NCBI GenBank assembly: GCA_964437245.1
Contig: CAYTGJ010000002.1
Location: forward strand, 42-64,041
Direction: 5' to 3'
Source of the DNA: an uncultured Chitinophagaceae bacterium
GTDB taxonomy: Bacteria; Bacteroidota; Bacteroidia; Cytophagales; Cytophagaceae
Length of the DNA stretch: 64,000 nt
Positions within the stretch are counted from its first letter, which is position 1. Each line of letters opens with the position of its first letter. The position numbers and the translations under genes were made by a program. Below the pieces are notes generated by a model. The model searched no databases. It had not been told where the DNA came from and was given only the letters and a program-made list of their open reading frames with translations. Below, piece after piece: positions 28,121 through 38,127 of the stretch.

Positions 28121-29098
28121 ATGATTTTAACCATTGACAAAGCACTAAAGCTAATTAACAAAGAAATTTCCAATCTTAATTTCGGAAAAGAACCGGCAGA
28201 TTTATACGATCCCATTCACTATATCATGGGGCTAGGAGGCAAAAGACTCCGTCCTCTTCTTTCCCTTCTCTCCCACCATTTATTTTCCGATGATATTGAG
28301 AAAGTACTAAAACCGGCCATTGCAATCGAGGTCTTTCATAACTATACACTCGTTCACGACGACATCATGGACAATGCTCCTCTGCGCAGAGGGAATCCCA
28401 CCGTACATGAAAAATGGAGTACGAACGTGGCCATCCTTTCGGGGGATGTCATGCAAATCAAATCCGTTGAACTGATGATGCATGTGAACGACGACATCCT
28501 TCGTAAGACACTGGATCTTTTCAACACTACTGCTACCGAGATCTGCGAAGGACAGCAATACGATATGGAATTTGAAAAACGGGAGAAGGTGTCGGTAGAC
28601 GAGTACATCAACATGATCCGTCAAAAAACGGCAGTCCTCCTCGGCTTTGCGCTTGAGGTAGGAGGACTTGTAGCCGGTACTTCAGAAGCCAATCTGCTTC
28701 TGCTTCGCCAGTTTGGCGTCAACATGGGAATAGGATTCCAGCTAATGGACGACCTCCTGGATGTATACGGCGACATGAGTAAATTCGGGAAAGCTGTAGG
28801 AGGAGACATTGTAGCTAATAAAAAAACCTATCTGTTGATCACCGCTTTACAGAAAGCCAAAGGAGCAGATCTGAAAAAACTGAATGACCTTCTAAGCTCC
28901 AATTCAGTAGACAGCATCACGAAAGTGAAAGAAGTAACAGAGCTATACAATAAACTAGAGATAAAATCTTTTACCGAGCTTAAAATAAACGAGTACTTTG
29001 ACCTCGCATTCAAAAATCTTTCCAAGATAGATGCGCCTCTTCATAAGAAAGCATTGCTGAAAGATTTTGCGAACAAGCTGGCTCAGCGGGAAAGTTAA
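28121..29098 (+). CDS. polyprenyl diphosphate synthase
   Basis: First and second aspartate-rich motifs, LVHDDIMD and MDDLLD. Confidence 0.85.
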   Translation: MILTIDKALKLINKEISNLNFGKEPADLYDPIHYIMGLGGKRLRPLLSLLSHHLFSDDIEKVLKPAIAIEVFHNYTLVHDDIMDNAPLRRGNPTVHEKWSTNVAILSGDVMQIKSVELMMHVNDDILRKTLDLFNTTATEICEGQQYDMEFEKREKVSVDEYINMIRQKTAVLLGFALEVGGLVAGTSEANLLLLRQFGVNMGIGFQLMDDLLDVYGDMSKFGKAVGGDIVANKKTYLLITALQKAKGADLKKLNDLLSSNSVDSITKVKEVTELYNKLEIKSFTELKINEYFDLAFKNLSKIDAPLHKKALLKDFANKLAQRES

Positions 29099-29134
29099 CC
29101 GCAATACCCTACGATCTAAACTATACAGAGCATT

Positions 29135-29437
29135 ATGAATTTCTTTGAAAGGTTAAAAATAAAGTGGCAGATCACAAGTAACTGGCAACTGTTTATAATA
29201 TGTGTCGGATTTGCTATTACCGGTTCTGCTTCGGCCTGGGTGACTGCTCCTATCCTGAAATTATTGAACATCACCAAGGATCTTCACGGAGCGATCTACT
29301 GGCCTCTCCGGATACTGATCATCTTCCCGGTTTATCAGGTTCTGCTGATCGTCGTGGGAGCACTTCTGGGACAGTTTAAGTTTTTCTGGGCCTTTGAAAA
29401 GAAAATGTTAAAAAGATTCGGGCTGAATCTTGAATAA
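29135..29437 (+). CDS. small two-TM membrane protein
   Basis: 100-aa ORF with two hydrophobic helices. Function unknown. Confidence 0.5.
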   Translation: MNFFERLKIKWQITSNWQLFIICVGFAITGSASAWVTAPILKLLNITKDLHGAIYWPLRILIIFPVYQVLLIVVGALLGQFKFFWAFEKKMLKRFGLNLE

Positions 29438-29475
29438 AAGATAGTCCGGCCTGACGATGCAGGTCATTCGGAATT

Positions 29476-29527
29476 AGCAGGAGCATACCGCAACAATTAT
29501 ATCGCTGTATGCTCTTGCTGTATTTTA
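29476..29527 (+). terminator. hairpin after the small membrane protein gene
   Basis: AGCAGGAGCATAC-18nt-GTATGCTCTTGCT (one G-U pair) followed by GTATTTTA. The loop is large. Confidence 0.35.
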
Positions 29528-29656
29528 GAAACGGCATTGGACAACTAATTTAATCGAAAAGGGCAGGAACATTTGAGACAACACCTATTGAAGTATCTAT
29601 GGCCCGGACACTACCTCTCATCAACACCAAGCATCCGGCCTTTTAGAACCTCCTGT

Positions 29657-30037
29657 TTACTTTTCTTTTTGAGATGATAATTCGAGCGCTTTGTTTATCC
29701 GTTCTTTCAATTCAAAAAGATCTACCGGCTTGCTCATAAACTCAGAACTTTCCGTAGCCTGAGCCTTCAGTTTAATGGATTCATCCGAATTGCCCGAAAC
29801 ATAAATAACCGGAATTTCTGAAAATTTCCGGATCTCGATCATTGTCTGGATACCATCAATACTTCCCATCAGTTTTATATCCATGATGATCAGATCCGGC
29901 CTTTCGACAGATACTGCATCAATAGCTCCATGTCCGCTGGATTGTACCTCCAGTACAGAATGTCCCAGTTTTTCCAGGTTTTTCTTAAGCACTAATGCCA
30001 GTATCATATCATCTTCTACCACGAGTATTTTTGCCAT
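29657..30037 (-). CDS. single-domain response regulator (REC only)
   Basis: EDD acidic pocket, phosphoacceptor in IIMDIKL, VSG and SKP conserved positions. Confidence 0.85.
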   Translation of the reverse strand: MAKILVVEDDMILALVLKKNLEKLGHSVLEVQSSGHGAIDAVSVERPDLIIMDIKLMGSIDGIQTMIEIRKFSEIPVIYVSGNSDESIKLKAQATESSEFMSKPVDLFELKERINKALELSSQKEK

Positions 30038-30049
30038 ACGATTGAGCGT

Positions 30050-31045
30050 TTAAAAAGTAAATTTTACGACAAGTCCATTTGTCCTGTCTATCTCCATGAC
30101 CGCATCCAACTGTTTGGTCAGCGCTGCCACCAGAGTGTACCCTAATGTACCGGAAGAGTTCAGCTTATCTTCATCGCTGATGCCCACTCCATTGTCCGAT
30201 ACAAACAAAGAATATTTGCCCGTTTTTGCCGAAAATCCTATAATGATCTCTCCTTTTTCGTTGTTATAGAATGCATGCTTAAAGGCATTGGTAATAAGTT
30301 CGTTTAAAATAAGTCCACAAGGCATTGCTTTTTCCAGTTCGAGTTCTGCATTGTCTGCCTCAATTCTAACCGATACAGAGCCTTGCTTTTCCATATAGGA
30401 ACTGCTCACCTTTTTAACCAGGTCTTCTATATAATTTTTAAAATTAATCTTAGACAATGTCTCCGACCGGTACAATTTTTCATGGATCAAGGCCATGGAA
30501 AGTACCCGGCTCTGGCAGGCCAGAAATACCTCCCGGTCACTGGGATTATTAACATAATCCATATGGAGATCCAGCATTCCTGCTACTACAGCCATATTAT
30601 TTTTCACCCTGTGATGGATTTCCCGTAACAATACCTCTTTCCCCTCAAGAGAGGTATTAAGCTCTTCCTCATGCTTCTTACGGCTCGAAATATCAGTATA
30701 AACCGAAATAGAGCATACGTATTTTCCGAGGGTATCAAATAATGGTTTACACGTATCTACAAACCAATGGTATTCTCCTGTCTTTTTTCTCAATCTGAGC
30801 TCAAGAGAATATTCTTTTCCTTCTCTGGTGGCATTTAAGAGGCTTTCCAGGTAGTTCGCTTTATCTTCCGGATGAATATTGTTTTTCCAGCCATCGCCTT
30901 TTTCCTGTTCCAGCGCATGTCCTGTAAATTCTATCCACAGGTTATTGACATATACGCAAGCACCTGTCGAATCTGATGCCCGTACAAGAGCCGGTAAATT
31001 GTCCAACCAAACAGCACTGTAATTCTCTATAATATTTTCTGTCAA
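30050..31045 (-). CDS. soluble PAS-domain histidine kinase (HisKA_2/HWE-like H-box)
   Basis: PAS fold at the N-terminus (no NCRFL LOV motif), H-box EIHHRVKNNMAVV and an HATPase region with DNGVGI. No TM segment. Confidence 0.8.
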   Translation of the reverse strand: MTENIIENYSAVWLDNLPALVRASDSTGACVYVNNLWIEFTGHALEQEKGDGWKNNIHPEDKANYLESLLNATREGKEYSLELRLRKKTGEYHWFVDTCKPLFDTLGKYVCSISVYTDISSRKKHEEELNTSLEGKEVLLREIHHRVKNNMAVVAGMLDLHMDYVNNPSDREVFLACQSRVLSMALIHEKLYRSETLSKINFKNYIEDLVKKVSSSYMEKQGSVSVRIEADNAELELEKAMPCGLILNELITNAFKHAFYNNEKGEIIIGFSAKTGKYSLFVSDNGVGISDEDKLNSSGTLGYTLVAALTKQLDAVMEIDRTNGLVVKFTF

Positions 31046-31138
31046 AATGGTACGATTTAATGATATTATGACGAACCTTTAAGCTATTTTTTTCTTTCTG
31101 CTCTCCTTAAAAATAAAAAACACACTGCACATTCTTAC

Positions 31139-31146
31139 CAAAATTA
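31139..31146 (-). promoter_or_regulatory. candidate -7 box TAATTTTG for the PAS-HK/REC operon
   Basis: CAAAATTA on plus, about 94 nt upstream of the kinase ATG. Confidence 0.3.
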
Positions 31147-31283
31147 AAAATATTTTTAAGTATATTTAATCATGCCATTGATTGGGGAGCATTTTTATAT
31201 ACTCCGGAACAGCTATGTGGATAGGTATTAATACTAATAACATTGTAAAGGTCCGACATCTTAAAACCAAAGGAATACGAAAC

Positions 31284-31299
31284 AGAATCTGTAGATTCT
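31284..31299. promoter_or_regulatory. 7-2-7 palindrome AGAATCT-GT-AGATTCT, candidate NarL/LuxR-type operator
   Basis: Perfect inverted heptamers with a 2-nt spacer, 50 nt upstream of the HK-REC-HK-LuxR operon start. Confidence 0.3.
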
Positions 31300-31348
31300 C
31301 AATTAATTTTAAAACAGATTTTTTTTTAACTCGTATTAGAATGGAACT

Positions 31349-32080
31349 ATGACTAAAGAACAAAAAAACGATCTAGAGCTCCTGAAGAAAAATGAAGAGC
31401 TCAAAATCCTGAACGAAGAACTGGATACTTTTGTATATCGTTCTTCTCATGATCTGAGGGCTCCGCTCACTTCTGTTCTAGGTCTTTCCTCCCTCATCGA
31501 AAACGAAACCGATCTGCATAAAATCTACTATCTCAATTTTTTAATCAAAGAGAGTGTAGAACGGTTGCTGAAAGTGACCGATGATATGGCTGATTATTCC
31601 AGAAATGCCCGTACCCATATCCAGGAGGAAGATGTCGATTTTTCGGAACTGATCGATGATGCTATTTTAAGTCATCATTTCATGGAAAATTTTCATCGTC
31701 TTAAGATCAAACTTGATATTCAGGTGCCAGATAAATATGTCAAAATCGACAAAAAAAGAATTGCCATTCTAATCAACAATTCCCTTTCCAATGCTATAAA
31801 ATACCAGGACACGAACAAAGAGTATTCGTTTCTTAATATATCTGTACTTTCTGACAGACAAACCCTACGTTTGATCTTTGAAGATAACGGCGTAGGTATT
31901 GCAGAAGAATTCCACAGTAAAATATTTGAAATGTTTTATAGAGCGAATGCTTATTCTCTTGGCTCCGGTCTGGGGCTCTATATTGTAAAAGGCATCGTGG
32001 AAAAACTGAACGGGACAGCAGAATTAATTTCTACTCCTGAAAAAGGGAGTACTTTTATCTTTACATTCCCATTAAATTAA
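31349..32080 (+). CDS. soluble histidine kinase (HisKA type) without sensor domain
   Basis: Short coiled-coil N-terminus, then H-box SSHDLRAPL, N-box NSLSNAIKY, and DNGVGI and GSGLGL boxes. No TM or PAS domain. Confidence 0.8.
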   Translation: MTKEQKNDLELLKKNEELKILNEELDTFVYRSSHDLRAPLTSVLGLSSLIENETDLHKIYYLNFLIKESVERLLKVTDDMADYSRNARTHIQEEDVDFSELIDDAILSHHFMENFHRLKIKLDIQVPDKYVKIDKKRIAILINNSLSNAIKYQDTNKEYSFLNISVLSDRQTLRLIFEDNGVGIAEEFHSKIFEMFYRANAYSLGSGLGLYIVKGIVEKLNGTAELISTPEKGSTFIFTFPLN

Positions 32081-32093
32081 ATTCAACTAAATA

Positions 32094-32468
32094 ATGAAAA
32101 TAAATAAGATTTTTTTATTGGACGATGATCCTATTGTAAACGTCATCAATGAGCAATTGTTCAGGAAATATAACGCTTCCAAACAATACATTGTATGCAG
32201 GACCAGCCAGGAAGCTATCGAATACATTAATCAAGCCAACCCTCTTCCTGAAATCGTAATTATAGATTTAAATATTCCTCTCACGAATGGGTTTTCTTTT
32301 CTTGACAAATTTTACGACAAGTTTCTGAACAGCCTATCCGTATACATTCTTACTTCTTCTGTGAACCCCGAAGACCTGAGCAAAGCGATGAGTTATCCTT
32401 TTGTAAAAGGTTATTTAAAGAAACCTCTTACACGCGATATTGTTCAAAAAATAATAGCCGAAAATTAA
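32094..32468 (+). CDS. single-domain response regulator (REC only)
   Basis: LLDDD pocket, phosphoacceptor in VIIDLNIP, LTSS and KKP positions. Confidence 0.8.
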   Translation: MKINKIFLLDDDPIVNVINEQLFRKYNASKQYIVCRTSQEAIEYINQANPLPEIVIIDLNIPLTNGFSFLDKFYDKFLNSLSVYILTSSVNPEDLSKAMSYPFVKGYLKKPLTRDIVQKIIAEN

Positions 32469-33251
32469 ATGGCAAAACTGAAAAGAGAATATAGGAGAAA
32501 GAATACCGAACATGATCCCGCTGAGGTGTCTGTCAATTTTCTGGAAGAGAAAGATGTATTCAAGATTTTGCTTAGCCAGATGCAAAATCAACTCGTCCAG
32601 CTAAAGGAACAGGAAATTGCCCTCATGAAAGAAAAAACAGCCGCTTTGCTGGAAGGACAGGAGAAAGAAAGAGGACGTATCTCACGGGAGATCCACGACG
32701 GCCTCGGGCAAATGCTTACGGCTATTAAACTCGTGCTGAATTCGATCAAAGGACAGGACGAATTAAAAATAGAGCTCAAGAAAATGATCGACGATACCAT
32801 TTCGGAAGCCCGCCGTATCTCCTTCAATCTGATGCCGAGCGTACTGTTAAATTTCGGATTGATTCCATCCGTAAAAATACTATGTGAGAATACCGATAAA
32901 TACGGAGAAATAAAAGTAAAACAATCTTTTGAAGAAACAGAAGCGCTTGGAAATATTTCCTTTGATAAGGCTGTAAACATCTACAGGCTTATCCAGGAGG
33001 CGCTTAACAACATTCTGAAACATGCCAATGCTAAAAATATTTTCATTAAAATATCGAACAACTCACAACATATCACCGTATTAATTGAGGACGACGGCGA
33101 AGGGTTCGTGATTAATAAAAAAGAGCGAAAAATAAACACTGGCAAAGGGTTATCCAGTATGTATCAGCGGGCAGAACTAAACGGAGGGAAATGCACCATA
33201 GACTCCAAGCCAGGCAAAGGAACTAAAATAAACATTGTTATCCCACTTTAA
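32469..33251 (+). CDS. soluble histidine kinase (HisKA_3, NarX/DesK type) without sensor domain
   Basis: Coiled-coil N-terminus, H-box REIHDGLGQMLTA, NNILKHA and DDGEGF boxes. The ATG abuts the preceding stop (TAAATG). Confidence 0.8.
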   Translation: MAKLKREYRRKNTEHDPAEVSVNFLEEKDVFKILLSQMQNQLVQLKEQEIALMKEKTAALLEGQEKERGRISREIHDGLGQMLTAIKLVLNSIKGQDELKIELKKMIDDTISEARRISFNLMPSVLLNFGLIPSVKILCENTDKYGEIKVKQSFEETEALGNISFDKAVNIYRLIQEALNNILKHANAKNIFIKISNNSQHITVLIEDDGEGFVINKKERKINTGKGLSSMYQRAELNGGKCTIDSKPGKGTKINIVIPL

Positions 33252-33262
33252 TTTTTATATTT

Positions 33263-33892
33263 ATGACTTACATACGCCTAGCAATTCTTGATGACCATAA
33301 ACTAGTCCGAAGAGGATTTTGTCTCATCCTAAACAATATCCCGGATTTTAATGTACTCCTTGAAACAGACAATGAGGAAGAAATTATAGAACTTGTTAAA
33401 ACCGATTGTCCGGACATTCTCCTTCTCGACATATCCATGCCAGACACCAATGGACTGGAATTAATCCCCAAACTACTGAAGTTGAACAAAGATCTCAAGA
33501 TCATTATGCTCACTATGCACAAAGAAGGGGAATACATTATCAAAGCAGTGAAAAACGGCGCCTGTTCCTATCTGCTGAAAGATGTAGAACCTGATGAACT
33601 GGAGGAAGCAATCCGGAGTGTATACGACAAGAACAAATATTTCAGTCCTTTCATTTCCGAACTCCTGATCGACAATATTTCCAAACCAAAAGAGATCGGA
33701 AAAATATCCGAACGGGAAAAAGAAATCCTGCAATACGTAGCACAAGGATTGAGTACAAAACTGATCGCTGAAAAACTCAACATCAGTACACGTACGGTAG
33801 AAGCACACAGGATGAAGATCATGAAAAAAGTAAAAGCTTCCAACTCAGCAGAGCTGATCAAAAAAGCGATCCAGCACAAATTAATCAATTAA
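33263..33892 (+). CDS. NarL/LuxR-family response regulator transcription factor
   Basis: REC domain (LLLDISMPD) plus a C-terminal LuxR HTH (REKEILQYVAQGLSTKLIAEKLNISTRTVEAHR). Confidence 0.85.
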   Translation: MTYIRLAILDDHKLVRRGFCLILNNIPDFNVLLETDNEEEIIELVKTDCPDILLLDISMPDTNGLELIPKLLKLNKDLKIIMLTMHKEGEYIIKAVKNGACSYLLKDVEPDELEEAIRSVYDKNKYFSPFISELLIDNISKPKEIGKISEREKEILQYVAQGLSTKLIAEKLNISTRTVEAHRMKIMKKVKASNSAELIKKAIQHKLIN

Positions 33893-33903
33893 CCCTCTCT
33901 GTG

Positions 33904-33936
33904 AAGCGGTCCTCAACAGAGGGCCGCTTTTTTTAT
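33904..33936 (+). terminator. rho-independent terminator of the four-gene two-component operon
   Basis: AAGCGGTCCTC-aaca-GAGGGCCGCTT followed by TTTTTT. Confidence 0.65.
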
Positions 33937-33984
33937 GATAGCTGTTTCAGCAACGGCTGAATGATTGAATTTTTATCTCAAAAA

Positions 33985-34115
33985 CAGGTACCGGGATATC
34001 AGATCCAGGGTACAAGTATACAAGATGGGGATAGTATTCTTTTACAAAACGGTTCTAGTGCTTAGAAAGATGGTCACTTGCCTTGTCTCATTCTCTGGAA
34101 TCCTGTATCTGCAAC
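33985..34115. repeat. intergenic word-repeat element (same family as 18066 and 40031)
   Basis: GGTACCGGGATATCAGATCCAGGGTACAAGTATACAAGATGG on the left, and CTGGAATCCTGTATCTGC (inverted orientation of similar words) on the right. Confidence 0.35.
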
Positions 34116-34166
34116 CAAGCTAAAAACTGATTCGAAAAGATCTTACTGATTATTCTTTATTCAAGT

Positions 34167-34532
34167 TTATCTGAACCTGCGAAGGATCTCGTTGAGGTCT
34201 TCCGGAATTTCCATCGGTGTCAAAGGTGGTACATTGGCTCCTCCTGTATTCCCTACAGGGATCTTTCCTACAAATGATTTAACTCCTCCTACCAATAACC
34301 GCGGGATTTGTCCTATTACTTCCCTCCGGTTTTTAATCGCTATTCCAAACCGGATCATCTTCCAATGTGCTATCGTATGCTCCACAGGATAGGCCTGACC
34401 AAGTATATGAGCACGTTCCAAATGACGCCAGGCAATCTGGTATTCTCCCTTTTCAAATGCTGTTTTATATTGCACCAGCTCTACCTGAAAAAATAATTTT
34501 AGCCCTCCGGGAATAATCGTATGTAATTTCAT
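34167..34532 (-). CDS. DUF3703-family protein
   Basis: 121 aa. WRHLERAHILGQ...HWKMIRFG pattern is remembered as DUF3703. Confidence 0.65.
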   Translation of the reverse strand: MKLHTIIPGGLKLFFQVELVQYKTAFEKGEYQIAWRHLERAHILGQAYPVEHTIAHWKMIRFGIAIKNRREVIGQIPRLLVGGVKSFVGKIPVGNTGGANVPPLTPMEIPEDLNEILRRFR

Positions 34533-34592
34533 AGGTGCCTGCGCCTTATTTTACAGATAATACATGACTGATAAATACTTCCTAAAGTAAAC

Positions 34593-34627
34593 AAAAAAAG
34601 GCAGCAAACAAGTATATGTTTGCTGCC
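34593..34627 (-). terminator. rho-independent terminator after the TPR protein gene
   Basis: GGCAGCAAACA-6nt-TGTTTGCTGCC followed by T7 on the minus strand. Confidence 0.65.
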
Positions 34628-34704
34628 ACTACCTAACTCACTCCTTCCCAACTACGCTATAATCGAGCGTTATCTTTTTTAAACACTCCCGTAACATGTC
34701 AACA

Positions 34705-35454
34705 CTACCTACAATATTTCCTGGATAATTTTTCAAGATCATCTCCATATACTTCTGAATATCCCAGCGCATCCGCTTCCCGGATACTCTCACAGGCATT
34801 GTGAGTACTCCCCATGGCAATCTCTGTCAACGCTTTTATCTTATAGACATAAGGGTTGTCGGGCATGATCGTCTGAGCGATCGTAATATCGTGCAAAGCC
34901 CTTTCATATTGATGGTTCAGATAGTACGCATAACTTCTGTTCAGGTGCATATACCCCTGTCCTGGCATCAGGTAGATCGCTCTGTCATACTCTTTGATCG
35001 CCTGCCCGAGTTCACCCTTGTGGGTATGAATATAGGCCTTCTGATAATAAGCATCCGCATAGTTTGGATTCAGCTCAATGGCTTTCGAATGATCGCTGAG
35101 TGCGCTCAGCGTATCGTTGGTTTCAAGCCGCACGATCCCTCTGTAATTGTATGCTTCTGCATATGATGGATTCATCGCTATTGCTTTTTCAAAATCGGCC
35201 AGGGCTTCAGGATATTTCCCGGACTCAAACCGGACACATCCTCTTTTAAAATAAAGCTCTGCCGACGAGGTGTTCAAAGACAAGGCTTCTGTATAGATCT
35301 TTTCCGCTGCTTTATAATTTCCATTCAGGTGTTTTTTAGAACCTTTTAAATGGATCTTTCCTGCCATCTTATGATCGGCATCTTCCGCTACAGAAGACAC
35401 AGCCCACGTAACGCTTACGGAAAACACGAGCACTTTTATCAGTATTTTTTTCAT
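34705..35454 (-). CDS. secreted tetratricopeptide-repeat protein
   Basis: Signal peptide followed by repeated A..Y..A..L.P....A.YNRG TPR units. Confidence 0.75.
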   Translation of the reverse strand: MKKILIKVLVFSVSVTWAVSSVAEDADHKMAGKIHLKGSKKHLNGNYKAAEKIYTEALSLNTSSAELYFKRGCVRFESGKYPEALADFEKAIAMNPSYAEAYNYRGIVRLETNDTLSALSDHSKAIELNPNYADAYYQKAYIHTHKGELGQAIKEYDRAIYLMPGQGYMHLNRSYAYYLNHQYERALHDITIAQTIMPDNPYVYKIKALTEIAMGSTHNACESIREADALGYSEVYGDDLEKLSRKYCR

Positions 35455-35914
35455 AACATTATTCTTTTAAAAATTATTGACCTGTTTAATTATATCGTAT
35501 ACATAAATAAACGAGGTACCATGCCTACTGTTCCTGAATAGTAAAACTAAATCTTACGGATAAAGAGGCTTTTAGAAAAATAACATTCGCCCTATTCTAT
35601 ACAGGAATAATACTGTACTCCTAATTTTTTCGGATCAAAATGCACAAAAAATGTAGCGCTTTTTTCAGGAATCTTACCACTGTCGGTTCATTCTTACATA
35701 CACGTTGTATAGAAGCGCTAAAAAAAACAATGTCATTAATATTCATTTCTGTACTATGTTTTTAAAAAACATAATTTCTCCATGTCCCTGGCTCCGCCAG
35801 TGTTTTCCGCCTGAGTCAGATGCTTCAACAAATACGAGGGTGTATACGAATAGTTCGGCACGTATAACTACGGGGTACGATCACAGCGTTCTACGCTGCC
35901 GAAGAGGAAGGCAT

Positions 35915-35950
35915 AAAAAAAGATCCGGTTTACAGAAACCGGATCTTTTG
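35915..35950. terminator. terminator of atpDC (hairpin with runs on both sides)
   Basis: AAAAGATCCGGTTT-acag-AAACCGGATCTTTT. There is a T7 run on the minus strand, and a T-rich tract also follows on the plus strand. Confidence 0.7.
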
Positions 35951-35973
35951 ATTTTATTACTTTTTTCTTCGTT

Positions 35974-36228
35974 TTAGTTCGTCACAACTGAATCTGCTAA
36001 AACGATTACTTTGTTATTAAGCACTTCAACAAGTCCTCCTTCGATCATTACCTTTTCCTCTTCTCTGGAATTTTTACGGATAGTAATATATCCTTTCCCC
36101 AGAGTTGTGATCAAAGGCGCATGTTTTTCCAGCACTTCGAACGCTCCTTCAGATCCCGGAAGGTTTACTGCGTGTACTTCTCCGCTGAATACTTTTACGT
36201 CTGGAGTTAATATATCTAATGCTAACAT
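35974..36228 (-). CDS. atpC: F0F1 ATP synthase subunit epsilon
   Basis: 84 aa immediately downstream of atpD. Beta-sandwich N-terminal pattern (V.LPG.EG.F.VL..H.P). Confidence 0.85.
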   Translation of the reverse strand: MLALDILTPDVKVFSGEVHAVNLPGSEGAFEVLEKHAPLITTLGKGYITIRKNSREEEKVMIEGGLVEVLNNKVIVLADSVVTN

Positions 36229-36304
36229 TTATACCTTTTTTATTATATGAGTAATTTAATTGTTGAATGATTTTTTCTTAACCATTCAACAATCGGAATA
36301 TCAC

Positions 36305-37816
<1,512 letters not shown>

Positions 37817-37854
37817 TTATTTAGAAAGAATGTTGTATTACAAATTTGCGACTG

Positions 37855-37862
37855 CAAAACTA
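37855..37862 (-). promoter_or_regulatory. candidate -7 box TAGTTTTG for atpDC
   Basis: CAAAACTA on plus, 42 nt upstream of the atpD ATG. Confidence 0.4.
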
Positions 37863-38127
37863 CGTGATTATTTATTCAATGCAAAGTATGTGTTATTTTT
37901 TAATTAATATAATCCTCTTTTCAAATTAAAATACTTAAAACAAAGTAGTTACTTCGAAAATAAAACCTGCTTGAATAAAAGAAAAAAAGGAAGCGATACG
38001 CTTAACAACCCTAAAACTTCTTTAAAAAATTATATTTCAAAAATAATCATCCTGTTTATCACTTCAATACCTTAATTTTAGCATTTTATAATACCTTTAG
38101 CGTTTTATTTAACTATCGTATTCAGAA

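Noticed and set aside
31166-31363. 65-aa minus-strand ORF in the divergent two-component intergenic region
   Set aside because: It overlaps the start of the plus-strand kinase gene and the candidate operator, and it has no motif. It is probably chance in AT-rich DNA.
35705-35977. 90-aa plus-strand ORF in the gap below atpC
   Set aside because: It runs through the atpDC terminator hairpin and into the atpC stop. The translation is Arg/Ser/Cys-rich with no motif. The region is treated as non-coding, possibly an sRNA.
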